Shown here one piece after another: positions 27,182 through 39,243 of a stretch of DNA of 64,000 bases. The notes below the pieces were generated by a model. The model was not told where the DNA came from. It did not search any database and was given only the letters and a program-made list of their open reading frames with translations. The DNA is from Catajapyx aquilonaris (taxonomy: Eukaryota): positions 1 to 64,000 of the forward strand of contig JYFJ02000720.1 in the NCBI GenBank assembly GCA_000934665.2, in the 5' to 3' direction. A program made the translations under genes and the position numbers. Numbering within the stretch: position 1 is the first letter of the stretch; every line of letters begins with the position of its first letter.

Positions 27182-28030
27182 CTGCAAAGAGTTTGTTATC
27201 GTCAGGAGGTATACCATTTACCCAACAAGTGTCCATTCACCTCTTCTTCTGTCTCACAGTAAACAGATGATTAAGAATAAAATAATGAGCTGAAGTGGAT
27301 GCTGGGAATTTTAACAGTCACGATTTCTGACGGTTTATATGCAGCCGCTTATCGTAACTATAAATGGCACATGCAAAACACATCTCATTAAAATTTAGAA
27401 CATGGACCTGAGCAGACACTGACTCCACCAGTCACTCACTCTACATGCATTAGAATTTAAAATTTTTGCTATAGCACAAAGAGGTCAGTTGCACCTGTTT
27501 ACCATCCTACTATTTTCTCCTCTTTCTCCTTTCTGAAGCAATACCTCATCACAGAAGGTTCTAATCATATAGTCACTAATCATCTTTTGGCAAGTAAAGG
27601 TGGATTTTTGTCTGCCAGCTTTGCCTCTGCTGGCAACCTGATTCTGCGAGTTAGGATTCTCCCATATTCTTTTTCATAACTACAATCAAAGGACTTCCAG
27701 GGAAAGAAGAAAACACCATCCTTTTTGTTATGTAAGGTTATCTCTGTGGAAATGTGAGAAGTAGGAGTCCATTCTCAGATGTCCATCGACTGTAGCAGCC
27801 AGACAAAAAAATTGATCCTAATTTTGATGTGTCTGCTTCCAACGCTTGCTCCGAGTTACTGAAATGACTACTAAGAATTAATTCGCTACTCTATTCCAGA
27901 AGCAACTTTTAATATAATCCATCTGAACATATTCTACAGGAAGGACTGCAGACCAGGTTTCCTTCAAGCTGTGTATGAAAGACGGGTGCTTCATCTAATG
28001 GTTAATGATTCCATTGCCACTGGTACTCAC

Positions 28031-28490
28031 TCCAGGGCTTGAGCCGGCCTTCCTCGGAACCGGCCTCAAAAGTGGCGGGATGGGAGAAGGAAGGAAGGGG
28101 CAGTCAGTAGGGCACTAGGCCTAGTCGAACATACGTCTCTTTTTCTGCGGTGCACCTGTTCCATCGGTTGTACCTTGTTCCCAGTCTGGAGGTGGGGCTT
28201 CCCCGTGGCCGAGTCTAGGAGACGGGCGTCCGCGGGAGGGAGGAGGGCGTCGCGTGGTCCAGTCTGGAGGAGGAGGACGAAGGGACGCTTCTTCTTGGGA
28301 CGACCCAAAACAAGCCCAACATCTCCTCTCTGCGAGGTGAGAGGTCTCTCTCGCGGAGTGCGAGTGAGTGAGGGGCGACGGTGGCGACGGTGGCGACGGA
28401 GGCGGGATGCGACCAAAGGCGGACGGAAGGAGAACTAGATGGGGGGAGGTGGTTGGGACAAAGGCCGGGAGATGGCGGGACTGGGCTCTC
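28031..28490 (-). other. Putative non-coding first exon (5'UTR) of the p85-like gene; 5' end approximate
   Basis: Strong donor GA|GTGAGTA at 28031/28030, lies in a CpG-rich island, YY1-like CCGCCATCT near 28471-28479. Confidence 0.55.
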
Positions 28491-28620
28491 TGACGCTCAA
28501 TCAGCAAGATACGGTTGGACACCGTATCATCCTGATCATCATTATGTCCAATAAATCGCCAGAAAAAAAGACAATTCGTGCAATTGATCGGATAACCAAC
28601 GCAGTGATCGCTGGACACCT
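28040..28620 (-). promoter_or_regulatory. CpG-island-like promoter of the p85-like gene
   Basis: Abrupt GC/CpG-rich stretch next to CpG-poor DNA; CCAAT-like and YY1-like motifs; directly upstream of the first donor. Confidence 0.6.
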
Positions 28621-29469
28621 CTTGACATCTGCAGTAAACNGGGGGGGGGGGCAGAATATTGTGTCCGCCCCAAAGTATCTTCCCTACAAGCAGGGCTTCC
28701 TCCGGCTTCCTCTGTGGGAACACGGGGGTTCCCCAGCTCATAGAATTTCAATATTACATGAAAAGGTGACAATAAAATATTATTTCATAGAGTTTCTCTC
28801 TCGTACTTTCCGGAATTCCCTCATACCCCGCTACAATTTACACTATATGCAACGCGATATTTGTCCATGGAAATTCATAGCAATTTCCGTATTCTTTAGG
28901 TAACTCGTAACTCATATACTGACCATTAATTTTGTCTGAAATATTTTTTTGATCTCAAGGCAGTCAAAAAACCAAATTACTCAAATACTCCTCCTTCCTC
29001 AAATAGCGGTCATTCCGAATCAATAAGTAGGCTGTTACTAAACCATCTCAGATTTTTCTGAAATAAATCACAACCGTACAGACCTATGCCATACCACTGC
29101 ATATTAAGTTTCAGCCAAATTGCGAAATACCGTTGGGAATAAAATAATCGCGCAATTTTGAAAGGGCAAAATTAGGCCTTTTTGTATACAGAATTTTTTC
29201 GGTTAGTGAAGGTGGTCAGAACGCAATGAATTAAATATTAAACATGAAATAAGAAGAAAGACGTGGGGTATGCGCCTATGGAATTTATTTTCCTCTCAAA
29301 TGTATCATATGCGTGATGGAATTACATTGGCCACATGTCCAAGAATTTGTGCCCCGCTTGAAAATTAATGATTAGTGAATGGATTTCTAGGTTTTTACTT
29401 TTTATCTACTTTTCAGTTTGTATATAGGCAGAACACCGAAAGCAAAATACTATCCCTTCCACAACACTA

Positions 29470-29990
29470 GGACCTCAAAAGTCGTAGTTTTATAGAACTT
29501 TAAAATGCCTATTTCCGACATTGGATCCTAAATGGCCTATTTTCACCTTTTCTGACCTTTTTGCAGCCATTCTGTATAAGATTTTTTGAGAGTTTTTGTG
29601 GATTTTCCGTTCAAGGCATTCGTCCTGGTTCAACCTGCGAATGGCGAAGAAGCTGTAGGCATTCCAGATGAACTAACTGTAGAAGACATTTCACTTTTCA
29701 ACTATAGTCCAGTTACTTCATGTGACGTCTAAAGGTCATTTTCAGCGTATATAGAGATGTACTGTCGGATAGCCGTCGCCGAATAACTGCGATTAACCAA
29801 CGAAAATATGGAACTATAGCAAGAGCTTGACTATAGTTTGTTACTATGCTGCAATAATTCATGGCAAAGATTAGGCTGCATTATTGTATAGAAATGAAAC
29901 TAAATTAGGACCTGCTTGAATTTCACTGCCTATTTAAGAGCCTATTTGAGTAAATGCCTACCTATTTCAGGGGTTTTAAAACCCTGAAAA
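29470..29990 (+). pseudogene. hAT-family transposase C-terminal remnant with TGCCTATTT subterminal repeats
   Basis: NGEEAVGIPDELTVEDISLFNYSPVTSCDV*RSFSAY/RDVLSDSRRR resembles the hAT dimerisation motif P-x-TS-x-x-VERxFS, with a stop and a frameshift. Confidence 0.75.
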
Positions 29991-30025
29991 ACTAATGATC
30001 AATGATGGTAAGCATATCTGCAAAA

Positions 30026-30029
<4 letters not shown>

Positions 30030-30115
<86 letters not shown>

Positions 30116-30436
30116 TGTTGGGTTAGTGCTCACCCAGAGGGTATTTGCACGGACCTTTATTTCAATCGACGAAGTATACATGGTGCCATATTCGAAGCGC
30201 CCGGGCCCACGGGCAGGATGACAGGAGGGGATGTGCAAGTGCAGTGCAGTAACGGTGCTTGGTCGTTTTTGTGAACTCCCCCGGGTGGTTTAGTCTGTGG
30301 ATATACCACCCGAGATGAAGCCAGAGACGACCCCAGAACTCTGCACGAGATGAAGGGGGTGTCCCCGGGTTGGGATCGAACCCGGGACCTTAACATCCGT
30401 GGGCGCGCACGTTACCGCGGCGCCACTCCGTCTCCC

Positions 30437-30438
<2 letters not shown>
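30030..30438 (-). mobile_element. tRNA-derived SINE with (ATT)n tail
   Basis: Head GGGGGAGACGGAGTGGCGCCGCGG (A-box-like), GGTTCGATCCC (B-box), unique body, then ~85 bp (ATT)n; CpGs intact. Confidence 0.85.

Positions 30439-30524
<86 letters not shown>
30439..30524. repeat. (AT)n microsatellite
   Basis: Uninterrupted AT run. Confidence 0.98.
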
Positions 30525-30528
<4 letters not shown>

Positions 30529-33214
30529 CCTATACAGTATCTTATTTTCTCGCGAACCATACATGAACCAAGCATTAAACTGGACATAATTATTAAACCT
30601 TATTGCATGGATCGCAACTCCTGTCACCAAATATGACTGATGTTACGCAAGTAGTGTATCACTAATTTTCTGGGTCAAGATTCTTAGGCATGTGACTGAG
30701 CCATGTGATCAATAGAATGCCAGCACACACGCTTTTCTGGTTACAATATGGAGAAAATACAATTCCATAGGCGCATTCTCCTCGTCATTCTCCTTCGTCT
30801 GATGTATACGTACGATATGTTTATTGGATTTTGACCATTACCACTAGCCGGAAAAAATATCCAAAAAAGGCCTCATTTTCAGCCATTTCCAAAATTTCGA
30901 GAATTTTCAAATTCCCACGGTAATATTGGCAAAATATAGCTGAAACTTGACAGTATGCCATAACACTGCCTGTCAATGACAGGCAGTGTTATGGCATATG
31001 TTTGTACACAGCTGTGAATTTTCCCAGCAATATCAGAGATGGTCGAGCAACATTTCGGCCCGCACTTGATTTGGAATGACCCCAATTTTTCGAGAAATTT
31101 GGATTTTTGACTGCACGGAGGTCAAAAAACAAATTTCAGACAAAATGAATTGTCATTATGAGTTACGAGCATGTTACGAGCGACCTAAGGAACACAGAAA
31201 TGGTGATGAATTTCCATGGACAAAAACAAAGTTGGCTTTTGTTGCATAGTGTATTAATCATTATTAGAGCTTATTTTTACGTACACTACCTTTATTGCAT
31301 TTTATTTTTATTTTTTACTCATTTCGGAGGGGGGGGGGGGTAATATTCAATAACGAGAATTAATCCAATTAATAACAATAAGCGTGATATTCAATAACAA
31401 GAATTAATCCACCTTTCGCAGCCGACATTTAGTGGTGTAATTAGTCAGCCGATTACACTTCGTGTTGTTTTCGTGCTGCGAATTCATTAAGTTGTCATGA
31501 GACTAATTTAGGCTATGCTCGAGACCATGCGCGAGGTCATGTTCGTATTGTTAATATTAAACAAATACTTTCGCAGCACAATTTTCAGCTCATTAGTGTT
31601 ATACGAGTAAAATATACTGTATACAAGTAATATTCAGCTGATTGGCAATATTATATTTAGTTGGGGTCAGCCTATTTGATGCGATGCACATATGCTGCAT
31701 TGTGCTCGTATATTCTATATCCGGAAGTCAACATGTCAATCGCGATGAACGAGAAAATATGAAAGTGATGGCTGATGACACTGTTGTGGTTAATTTAGTT
31801 ATAATTGTTGGGCTAACTATGCACACCTGTTCCTGATGAGATGATTTCATACAGGCTTGTTTTGTCGGTTAAATTTCAATCCAGATTTATATAATATTAT
31901 ACGCGTATACCGGCTGTATAAAAACGTTCCTGTCCATTACAGTAATTGACACGACATGATGTTTTATGAGTATTTTACTTTTTTATTACAAAGAGACGTT
32001 TCTCTAATGTGGGATGGCCATACGCCAATCACGCAGTACCGTACGTGATATTCCAGCTCAACTGATCAATATTACGTAATTACTCCAGTAATATAATACG
32101 TGGATTTTCAGTTCAGATAATAGAGGATCAAGACAAACTAGCATAATCCATCAATTTCCCATCCAAGTACATTTACAAATAGTATGCTGACCTACATATC
32201 TACAAGACCGGAGGCGTTAATTATAGGCCTCCAGTGTGTTGTTATAACTATACGTGCAGTAACGCCGAAACTATTCAGAATATTCATAACACCACTATAT
32301 ACTGGCACAAAAGCACTTTAGCTTGCAGTCATTTCCAATTGAATTTGCTCTGTATTCACTCATATCCAGTATTCGGTGGATCTCAGCCAGACTTGCCTAT
32401 TATAGCCAGAGTTAACTTGTAAATAATTAATAGTCACTCCTCGGCATTTACAAAAGGATTCAGAGCACCCAAGTGCGGCAAGATAATCTTCAACCCCCTT
32501 CACAGCCCAGTGCACACCATTAAACGGATGAGCCACACTATCTTTCTCCATTGCAACTCACCTGCAGATCTGCAAACTCCCTCCGCAAACTCCAGACATC
32601 ATTCAACGGAGCTGGGACCCAGGTTATTATCCCAAACCCGATGCAGTTCCATTCCGGCATGGCGACTTTCATAGCCCGTTAAATATGTGATCAATAATGT
32701 ATGAGCACCTCAAGGTATATTCCTCAAGGATCGGCTCGGGAAGCCGAGAAGATCGCGTTACACCCTGTGAAATACCCCACCACAAATAAGACCACCAATC
32801 TGAAACGGAAATCGGTAATGCTCCTAATTGTCCATTATCTAACCTATACGACCTTAACAGGCCTAATAATAATCCAGTTACGATGAGGATTATTTTATTT
32901 TATTTATTTTCCAGTAGATCCACCTGATTTTCCGGAATAGTCCAGCCTATCTAAACTGCCAATGAATTACACAGTTGAACCATCAAATGATTCGACAAAT
33001 CCATTTAATGTTATAAGCCAGTCCCGCACTCTCGGATTGTCGATATAGGGTCCTAAACTCCCCGCACAGGCCCAGCTTGGCGACTTATTGTGAATTTATC
33101 TGCAAGGTGGAATTGGACACTACCGCATGTCCTTTGTCCCCCTCTCCTCCTTCCCCAGCCTCCGATCAATTGGTCCTACCAACAAGGTGGAAGAGGCGAT
33201 TTGGTCGATATGTA

Positions 33215-33216
<2 letters not shown>

Positions 33217-33255
<39 letters not shown>
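33217..33255. repeat. (AG)n microsatellite
   Basis: Uninterrupted AG run. Confidence 0.97.
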
Positions 33256-33260
<5 letters not shown>

Positions 33261-34307
33261 TGGTCCCCAGCAGCTGTCCCATCCGCTACCTACGTCAATG
33301 ATGGAGACTATAGTCATTAACATTTCAGCCGCGTTATCTTTAGACACAGCCTGGCCACAATATCCTATTTTTTCTCCCTAGAAACCCTTTGCCACATGAC
33401 GGAATAATCTGCTCTAAGCATCTCATGCACTCGACTGGCAAAAACTTAATTGCACAAGGGCTAATTTGAATCCTGCCTCTAAATAATCCGGAAACACTCA
33501 CCTTGATGTGCACATTACTGAAAATAAAAGCGGTGTCCGCACCAGGATAATACCGGTTGTACTGTACATTACGAAAACTTTACTGCCAGAAACTACACCT
33601 ATTACTTTACAATGTGCTCGAGTTTCATTTTCCAGTGTGCAACCTTTTACATCGTTTGGCCCTATATTATTACAAAACCTAGAGTATACAAAGTCGATTC
33701 ATTTTTGTTTAGAGTTGTAAATATTCCAATGGCACTTTCACATCTACCAACGTCGTCCCAGAGCAGGACCCAGCCAAGATTTGGATGCTCATTCCGGTCC
33801 CATCTCATCAGAATCCGGATTTGGAGACTAGTGTATATTAGACCACGCCAAAGGATCCGATCAAAAGGAATCGCATGCCCCAAATGTGTTTGCAATTCGC
33901 GATTATCTTCTTGAAGAGCCTCGAGGGTGCTCCGGTCCCTTTCACACAAACCCAGAGCCGCATTGGACTCATTCCCCCTGTCCTTGGACCTCAATTTTTA
34001 CGGGCGTGACGGATCTATCAAGCTCACAAAACGGAAATTGATCGACCTGCTTCGGGACAACGAATGCAAGGTACACTTAGCAATCGGGGTCTAAATGACT
34101 TGGGGAGGGGGGGGGTCACCTTTTTAACATTTCAAATTCAAGGGGTACAGACTAAATCCTGCTGGAAACACAAAAACAAACACATCCAGGCAGTGAAATG
34201 GGCACTAAAAAGACCGGGCAGGATTAGGACCAAATGGTTTTTTTTTTTTGGGTGCCATCCTTTACGGAATTAAGGCAAAGTGCCTGTGTGATAAGAACCT
34301 TCTATCT

Positions 34308-34428
34308 CCCAGATATGCCTAGCGACCTATATATAGGACACTTAAATTTTTAGCTATTGTATTAGTTCTTCATTTGTTTAGTAAAAGACATTTTAACCAA
34401 ACGAAACAAAAACTCCAGCATATCTGGG
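34308..34428. mobile_element. Short piggyBac-like MITE, copy 1
   Basis: CCCAGATATGC ... GCATATCTGGG|TTAA; interior similar to 39114-39243. Confidence 0.6.
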
Positions 34429-35510
34429 TTAATAGCACCTTCTAGTGCCTGCCGAGCCCTTTAGAAGTACAATGCGGTACATTCAGAGAAAGACACAAAG
34501 AGGGTTTTAAGAGACTCGGTACAGAATGACCACAGGTACATTTTTGCACACCACTTTTGTCGTGTTTTTTTCGCAATATTAATGCGAGACTGGTTTCCAG
34601 CAGAGAGGGAGCTCGCATTTAGGCGGGGTTAAAAAATTAGTGGAAATTTTGCTTTTTTTTCGGTGAATGAGCATCGGCGCCACCCCGAAAATGTATACAC
34701 AATACGCCGAGTTTACGATGGTTTGCCAATATTGTGTACTCAAACGGGGGGGAACATTCCATACAAACTGCTATTAGACTCGAAAAATCGATTGGATCTC
34801 GTAGTGTATGGCTAAGCTGGTTCTAGCCTCGCTTTTTATATCCAGATTACCCTTTTTTCGGGGAAAAAATATTTGAAACATGGCGGTAAAGCGAGCTCCC
34901 TGTGGTTTCCAACAGTGTGTTGGAGGGACTAACTAACCTTCATGGCAAAATAAACTGCATTTGACACCCCCTCCAATCGGTTGCGCCCTTAGGTGGACAG
35001 CGAATTCCTCCTGGTGACAAATAACACGCACTCCAAATTTACAAACAGTCCGGATTGTTTTTCTAACCGGTAGTAGTAAATGCCACAAAGTTTACGTATA
35101 CAATGCGTCGTGGAAATCCCGGGCTAAAAATAGAGTGCACCACTATATTTTATACACCCAGCGAATACACTATCACAAGCTGTAGTGTTGTACAAGGTCC
35201 TGGAGAGACTGAGAGAGACAGAGAGAGAATTCTAAACATGATCTAAGCGAGAATTGTTATGAAAAGCTAAAGCGATAGATAAGCTCAGTGACAGGATCTG
35301 TGTTCCTCCGGATGGATAAAATGTTGCCGCAAAAACCAGCACACTGATATTTAACCCCATAAATGCAAACAGTCATATTCTACAATCATCTGTGATATGC
35401 TGTCCAACCCACATGTTTCTGTATAAAATTCTCAACCTTTTAAATTCTTGACAAAACATTTTTCCGGGGCTTCCATGTTGATTTCCTGTAGTTTCGGATG
35501 ACCTTCTTTT

Positions 35511-35562
35511 TCAGGCTTCCACATCGTGTATGTAAAGTATACCTTCGTATTGTTGCTGCGCT
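35511..35562 (-). CDS. Candidate terminal coding exon A of the FN3 protein (QAQQQYEGILYIHDVEA*)
   Basis: Strong acceptor CATTTCCTTTCAG; read in the phase-2 frame set by the TM exon. Confidence 0.55.
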
Positions 35563-36160
35563 CTGAAAGGAAATGCGAATCAAATTTTGCCTGCCACAAA
35601 ACTTGTTCAAACTTCTCGTACTTCGAGAAACACTCTGAATGGGGTAGGGTATAGAAAATTATAAATAAATGAAAAAAATTATCCTGGTTTATAATTGGGA
35701 TCGTATCTCTAACGCGTGCTTTCTCTCATCTAATCCTTTAGCGAGTTGTTTTAATAATGAACCTACCATAGGAAGCCAAGTCATTAACTCTAAGAAAAAG
35801 GGGCTGGAACCATTTTCTGGGTCGCAATTAACCTTTAGCTCCAGGAAAGCTTCGCGAGCAAGAAGGACATTTTCATCCGTCGCACTTGCTACTCTGGAGC
35901 GACTCTTGAAACTTTCAAGATGAAGGAACAGCAACTCTAACAATCCTGCCTTTAGGTGAGAGGTATCTGGACTAAGGTTGGCACTAACCCTTTTATGCGC
36001 GTCAGATCAGGTGAAAACGGTGCTAACTAGAGATAACGACCATCAACTTCTCTACGAAAATTGTAGCCCTTTTTGTGGTATCAATTCGGGCGAACAATTA
36101 CACTGCAACGAGATAACTCGGCTAAAATCTGGACGCGTACATAGCTCGAAGCAGTTTTTT

Positions 36161-36242
36161 CTAGCGGAAGAATCGGCTCCCGGAATATTCCTCCAGATCT
36201 AATAAGGTATAAGTCAAATTTTCCGGAAACTTTTTTTCTCTC
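36161..36242 (-). CDS. Candidate alternative terminal exon B (QREKKFPENLTYTLLDLEEYSGSRFFR*)
   Basis: Strong acceptor TTTTTTCGTTCTCAG; open for 26 codons in the phase-2 frame. Confidence 0.3.
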
Positions 36243-37424
36243 CTGAGAACGAAAAAAAGGTAAGAACACTGCGAGGAAGTGAAGATTTCGGACCGCAAGA
36301 TGGAAATGGAAATGAAGCGGGCCGCATTATTTCTGATTGGATTCGCAGTCGGTGGTCTGTAGGGATTGTTGTCTGCCTGGCTGGAATCTTGGGAGATTAG
36401 TTCCAAACCGCCTCAAGACATTCGTTCGAGAAATGAAATTATATTTTGTCGTCACAAAAAATAGGTACGAATCTATCTCACGCAGCGAGTTTTATTTTAT
36501 TTTTTTTAAAAAATATATACGCAACACGTATATATTGCCTGTCTGGGTAAGAAATTCCGCTGCATTGCAGTCTCACGCTTATTTAGCTCTCTAAGCCTTC
36601 CCCGTGAAGGATCTTGTCAGCTGACAATTCTACGACGTGGGCCTGAATTTTCAATGGGATCCATGTCTTGGGGAGAGATATCCCTAACTGCTAGAGCTTC
36701 CTTATTTTCGGAAGAAAAAGACGGAGAAAAATTAAAGAGTGTAAAAGTGGGGGGCATAACTGACGGGATTCGAGGAATTGACAATCCAAAGGGTCTGAAC
36801 CACAGATCGTAACTCGATACGTTGCTTGTCTAATAAAAGTTCCATGGTTTTTCCTCTCATGGCAGGAGTTTTTCAAATGGACATGTGTGTGCTGTACGAA
36901 TCCGAATTAATAATGCAGCTGGAAGGTCAACATTTTTGGCCAGGGTCACCTTGTGGTCAAGTTGTGCAGGGGACGAACACTCCAAGATTTTTGATCCAAC
37001 AACATGCGAGTCCAGTCACGCAGCTGTAGTGTATGTATGGATGGTGACCCTGCTCTTTCTGTCCCCAGTGTGAGAAACTTCCTGAATGTGATCACTTCTA
37101 CAGAGTGGCTATGCATCCCAATCATTCCCATCTGGCACAATATATTGAATGCATTTTTTGGAGGAGGACACCAAGGGCACACACACACACCTATACAGTT
37201 ACAGTATTATGCAAGATGGTCAGCAATTTGTAAAAGGTAGCAGTTCCAAACAAATAGTCACATGAGTGACATGACCAAAATGGCGACTCTGCTGCTTTGC
37301 ATTCAGCTGAAGTTACTCTGAAATATTATTTCGAGATAAAAATGGATTGTAGGGGGAAAAAAAAGAAACCAATCCAAATAAAATCGAGTGAAATAATATA
37401 ATATCTATCTACAGGAAAACTTAC

Positions 37425-37536
37425 TGCTGTAACTCGATGAACCTCCTGCGCCTTTGTTGGGCTTGCGAACAGCGACGAACTGCAATGATGAGGGTAACGT
37501 TGATAATGAGAAAACCCACGATTCCACATACCGCTC
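37425..37536 (-). CDS. Transmembrane exon of the FN3 membrane protein
   Basis: Acceptor TCTCTCTCTTTCAACAG, donor CA|GTAAGT. In-phase translation GAVCGIVGFLIINVTLIIAV-RRCSQAQQRRRRFIELQ: hydrophobic helix followed by basic stop-transfer residues. This frame is not in the ORF track. Confidence 0.85.
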
Positions 37537-37746
37537 CTGTTGAAAGAGAGAGACAGATCACGTTTTTTCCCCATTAGTGTTCACCAATCGAGAGCTAGTT
37601 GATAAGTTCATTAGTGGGAGATAAGTCAATGGCAGACGACGGGAGAAACCAGAAATCCAATCACAGAGTCCAGCAATTTCTGGCTGCACCGATCGTGAAA
37701 TGCGATCGTCTATATCCTTCCACCGTTTCAATCAAGTCAGAATTAC

Positions 37747-37878
37747 CAAGGATAACACTGGAGGATGGTCTGTTGCGGGTTGACTTGGTCACATAAATTG
37801 GGTACAGGTGGTCCATCAGGTCCCAGTTGCTCTGGGATAGACCCGAAGGTGCCAGCGGAATTTCTTCCACTTCCATTC
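37747..37878 (-). CDS. Stalk exon of the FN3 membrane protein
   Basis: Long polypyrimidine acceptor ...CCTTCTGCTTTCAG, donor TTG|GTAATT, phase 1-1; GMEVEEIPLAPSGLSQSNWDLMDHLYPIYVTKSTRNRPSSSVIL. Confidence 0.8.
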
Positions 37879-39113
37879 CTGAAAGCAGAAGGAAAGGAAA
37901 AAATAGAGTAGAAGGAAAAAATCCATAGTTGCATTGCCGCAAGAACTCACGCCAGCTTTCAGCCACGATATCAAGTGACGAGAATCAAAACTGATCAGCC
38001 AGTAAAATCACACCGATGCGTCTTGTCAACCCGGCACGCAGGATTTCTGGAAGCTCGGGATCAAAAGAGCCAAGCACTACTTACTGGAGATGACTCAACT
38101 CCTTGCATTATAAATGGAACGTGGATTTCCCATCGCCAGTCGTAGGACAATTTTCCCCGTTGCACTTGGGCTCGAATTTTACCAGAAAAAAAACCAGAAG
38201 GAAACACTACCTTTGCATGCATTTTTAATTTCTACTACCGGCTAAGGATATCATTTATTCAAACCGCTTGAAATTACCTGTTGGTAAGTCCCAAAGAATC
38301 GCGATATTTATTGCTCTCCTGTTTCCCATAACATAAAACGCGGAAGCGCGAGTTGGTGGAAAGCCATACGCCTAAAAATATAATAATTTCGTCATAATGC
38401 GACCTAACCGGCACAACGACCCGGGCAATGTCATGGACAAATGGCACTAATAAGACTAAAAAACGCACCTAAAAAGAGGGGGCCTTTAATGACGTGCTTC
38501 AAAATATTTGAATAATAATCCAGCGTTTTGATGGCCTTAAGTCATTGACATTCAACACGTCCAATGCCAGGGACAAGATGGCGGAGCAAAATGGCCTTAA
38601 TAAGAGAAGAGAGAGCGGTCCAGTGGCCAGCAACTGCTCATGACGGCTTCTCTCAAAAGCTCACGTTTGAATAAAACATGAACTTCCGCTTGCTCGATTC
38701 ATGCCAAGGCGCCAGTGGTGATTGGTTTAAAATACAAACGATTGGAGGATGGGAGGAGCGGTGGTCGTTCATTATTCCAAAGCCTTTTTAGAAACCCTGC
38801 ATTTGTTTTACACGGGGAGAAATGCTAGGGGTCAGCGGCTGGGAGTGTTTGTTCGCTAACCTCGGCCTCTCAACAATCGGTCTCTGACGGGACAAAATGG
38901 ATTCCGGGCTCAGTCTGAGTAATCTTGGTACCGACTCTAGGACTCGGAGAGATCAATGCGACACTGTGCAGTATGCCCTACAAACCGATCCGACCTATTG
39001 CTTGGGGGATGCTTCAGAGGGTAACTGTGACACTGCTGTGGTCACACGGTCAGCAAGTAGATGTAAATTCCTGTCACATATGCGGAAAAATGCGGAAAAT
39101 TAATTGTTATAAA

Positions 39114-39243
39114 CCCAGCCTATTTAGTACACTCGTACAAATATTAGATTTTTAGCTATACATATTGTATTGGTTCTTCATGTGTTCATAAAAAGACTTC
39201 AGTGTTTACAGAAAAAATTAAATACCATTCAGGCATATCAGGG
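39114..39243. mobile_element. Short piggyBac-like MITE, copy 2
   Basis: Shares TTTTTAGCTA..ATTGTATT.GTTCTTCAT.TGTT...AAAAGAC and GCATATC.GGG|TTAA with copy 1. Confidence 0.55.

Larger units (their letters stand above)
28850..31235. mobile_element. Old long inverted repeat pair (about 28850-29295 and 30750-31235), probably one long-TIR DNA element with later insertions
   Basis: Colinear complementary blocks, e.g. TGTCCATGGAAATTCAT / ATGAATTTCCATGGACA and TGCGCCTATGGAATT / AATTCCATAGGCGCA. Confidence 0.7.

Noticed and set aside
23290..28650. Single N bases in poly-C/G runs at 23307 and 28640
   Set aside because: Assembly ambiguities, not biology; adjacent sequence may be missing, including the start of the hAT fragment ending near 23493.
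28066..28903. Several overlapping long ORFs
   Set aside because: Expected in a GC-rich promoter; some cross an N base.
30360..30438. Possible tRNA gene
   Set aside because: No complete acceptor stem; continues into a SINE body and simple-repeat tail.
33662..35943. ORFs 33662-33994 and 35689-35943 as exons of the FN3 gene
   Set aside because: Acceptors are weak or in the wrong phase for the TM exon; no recognisable motif.
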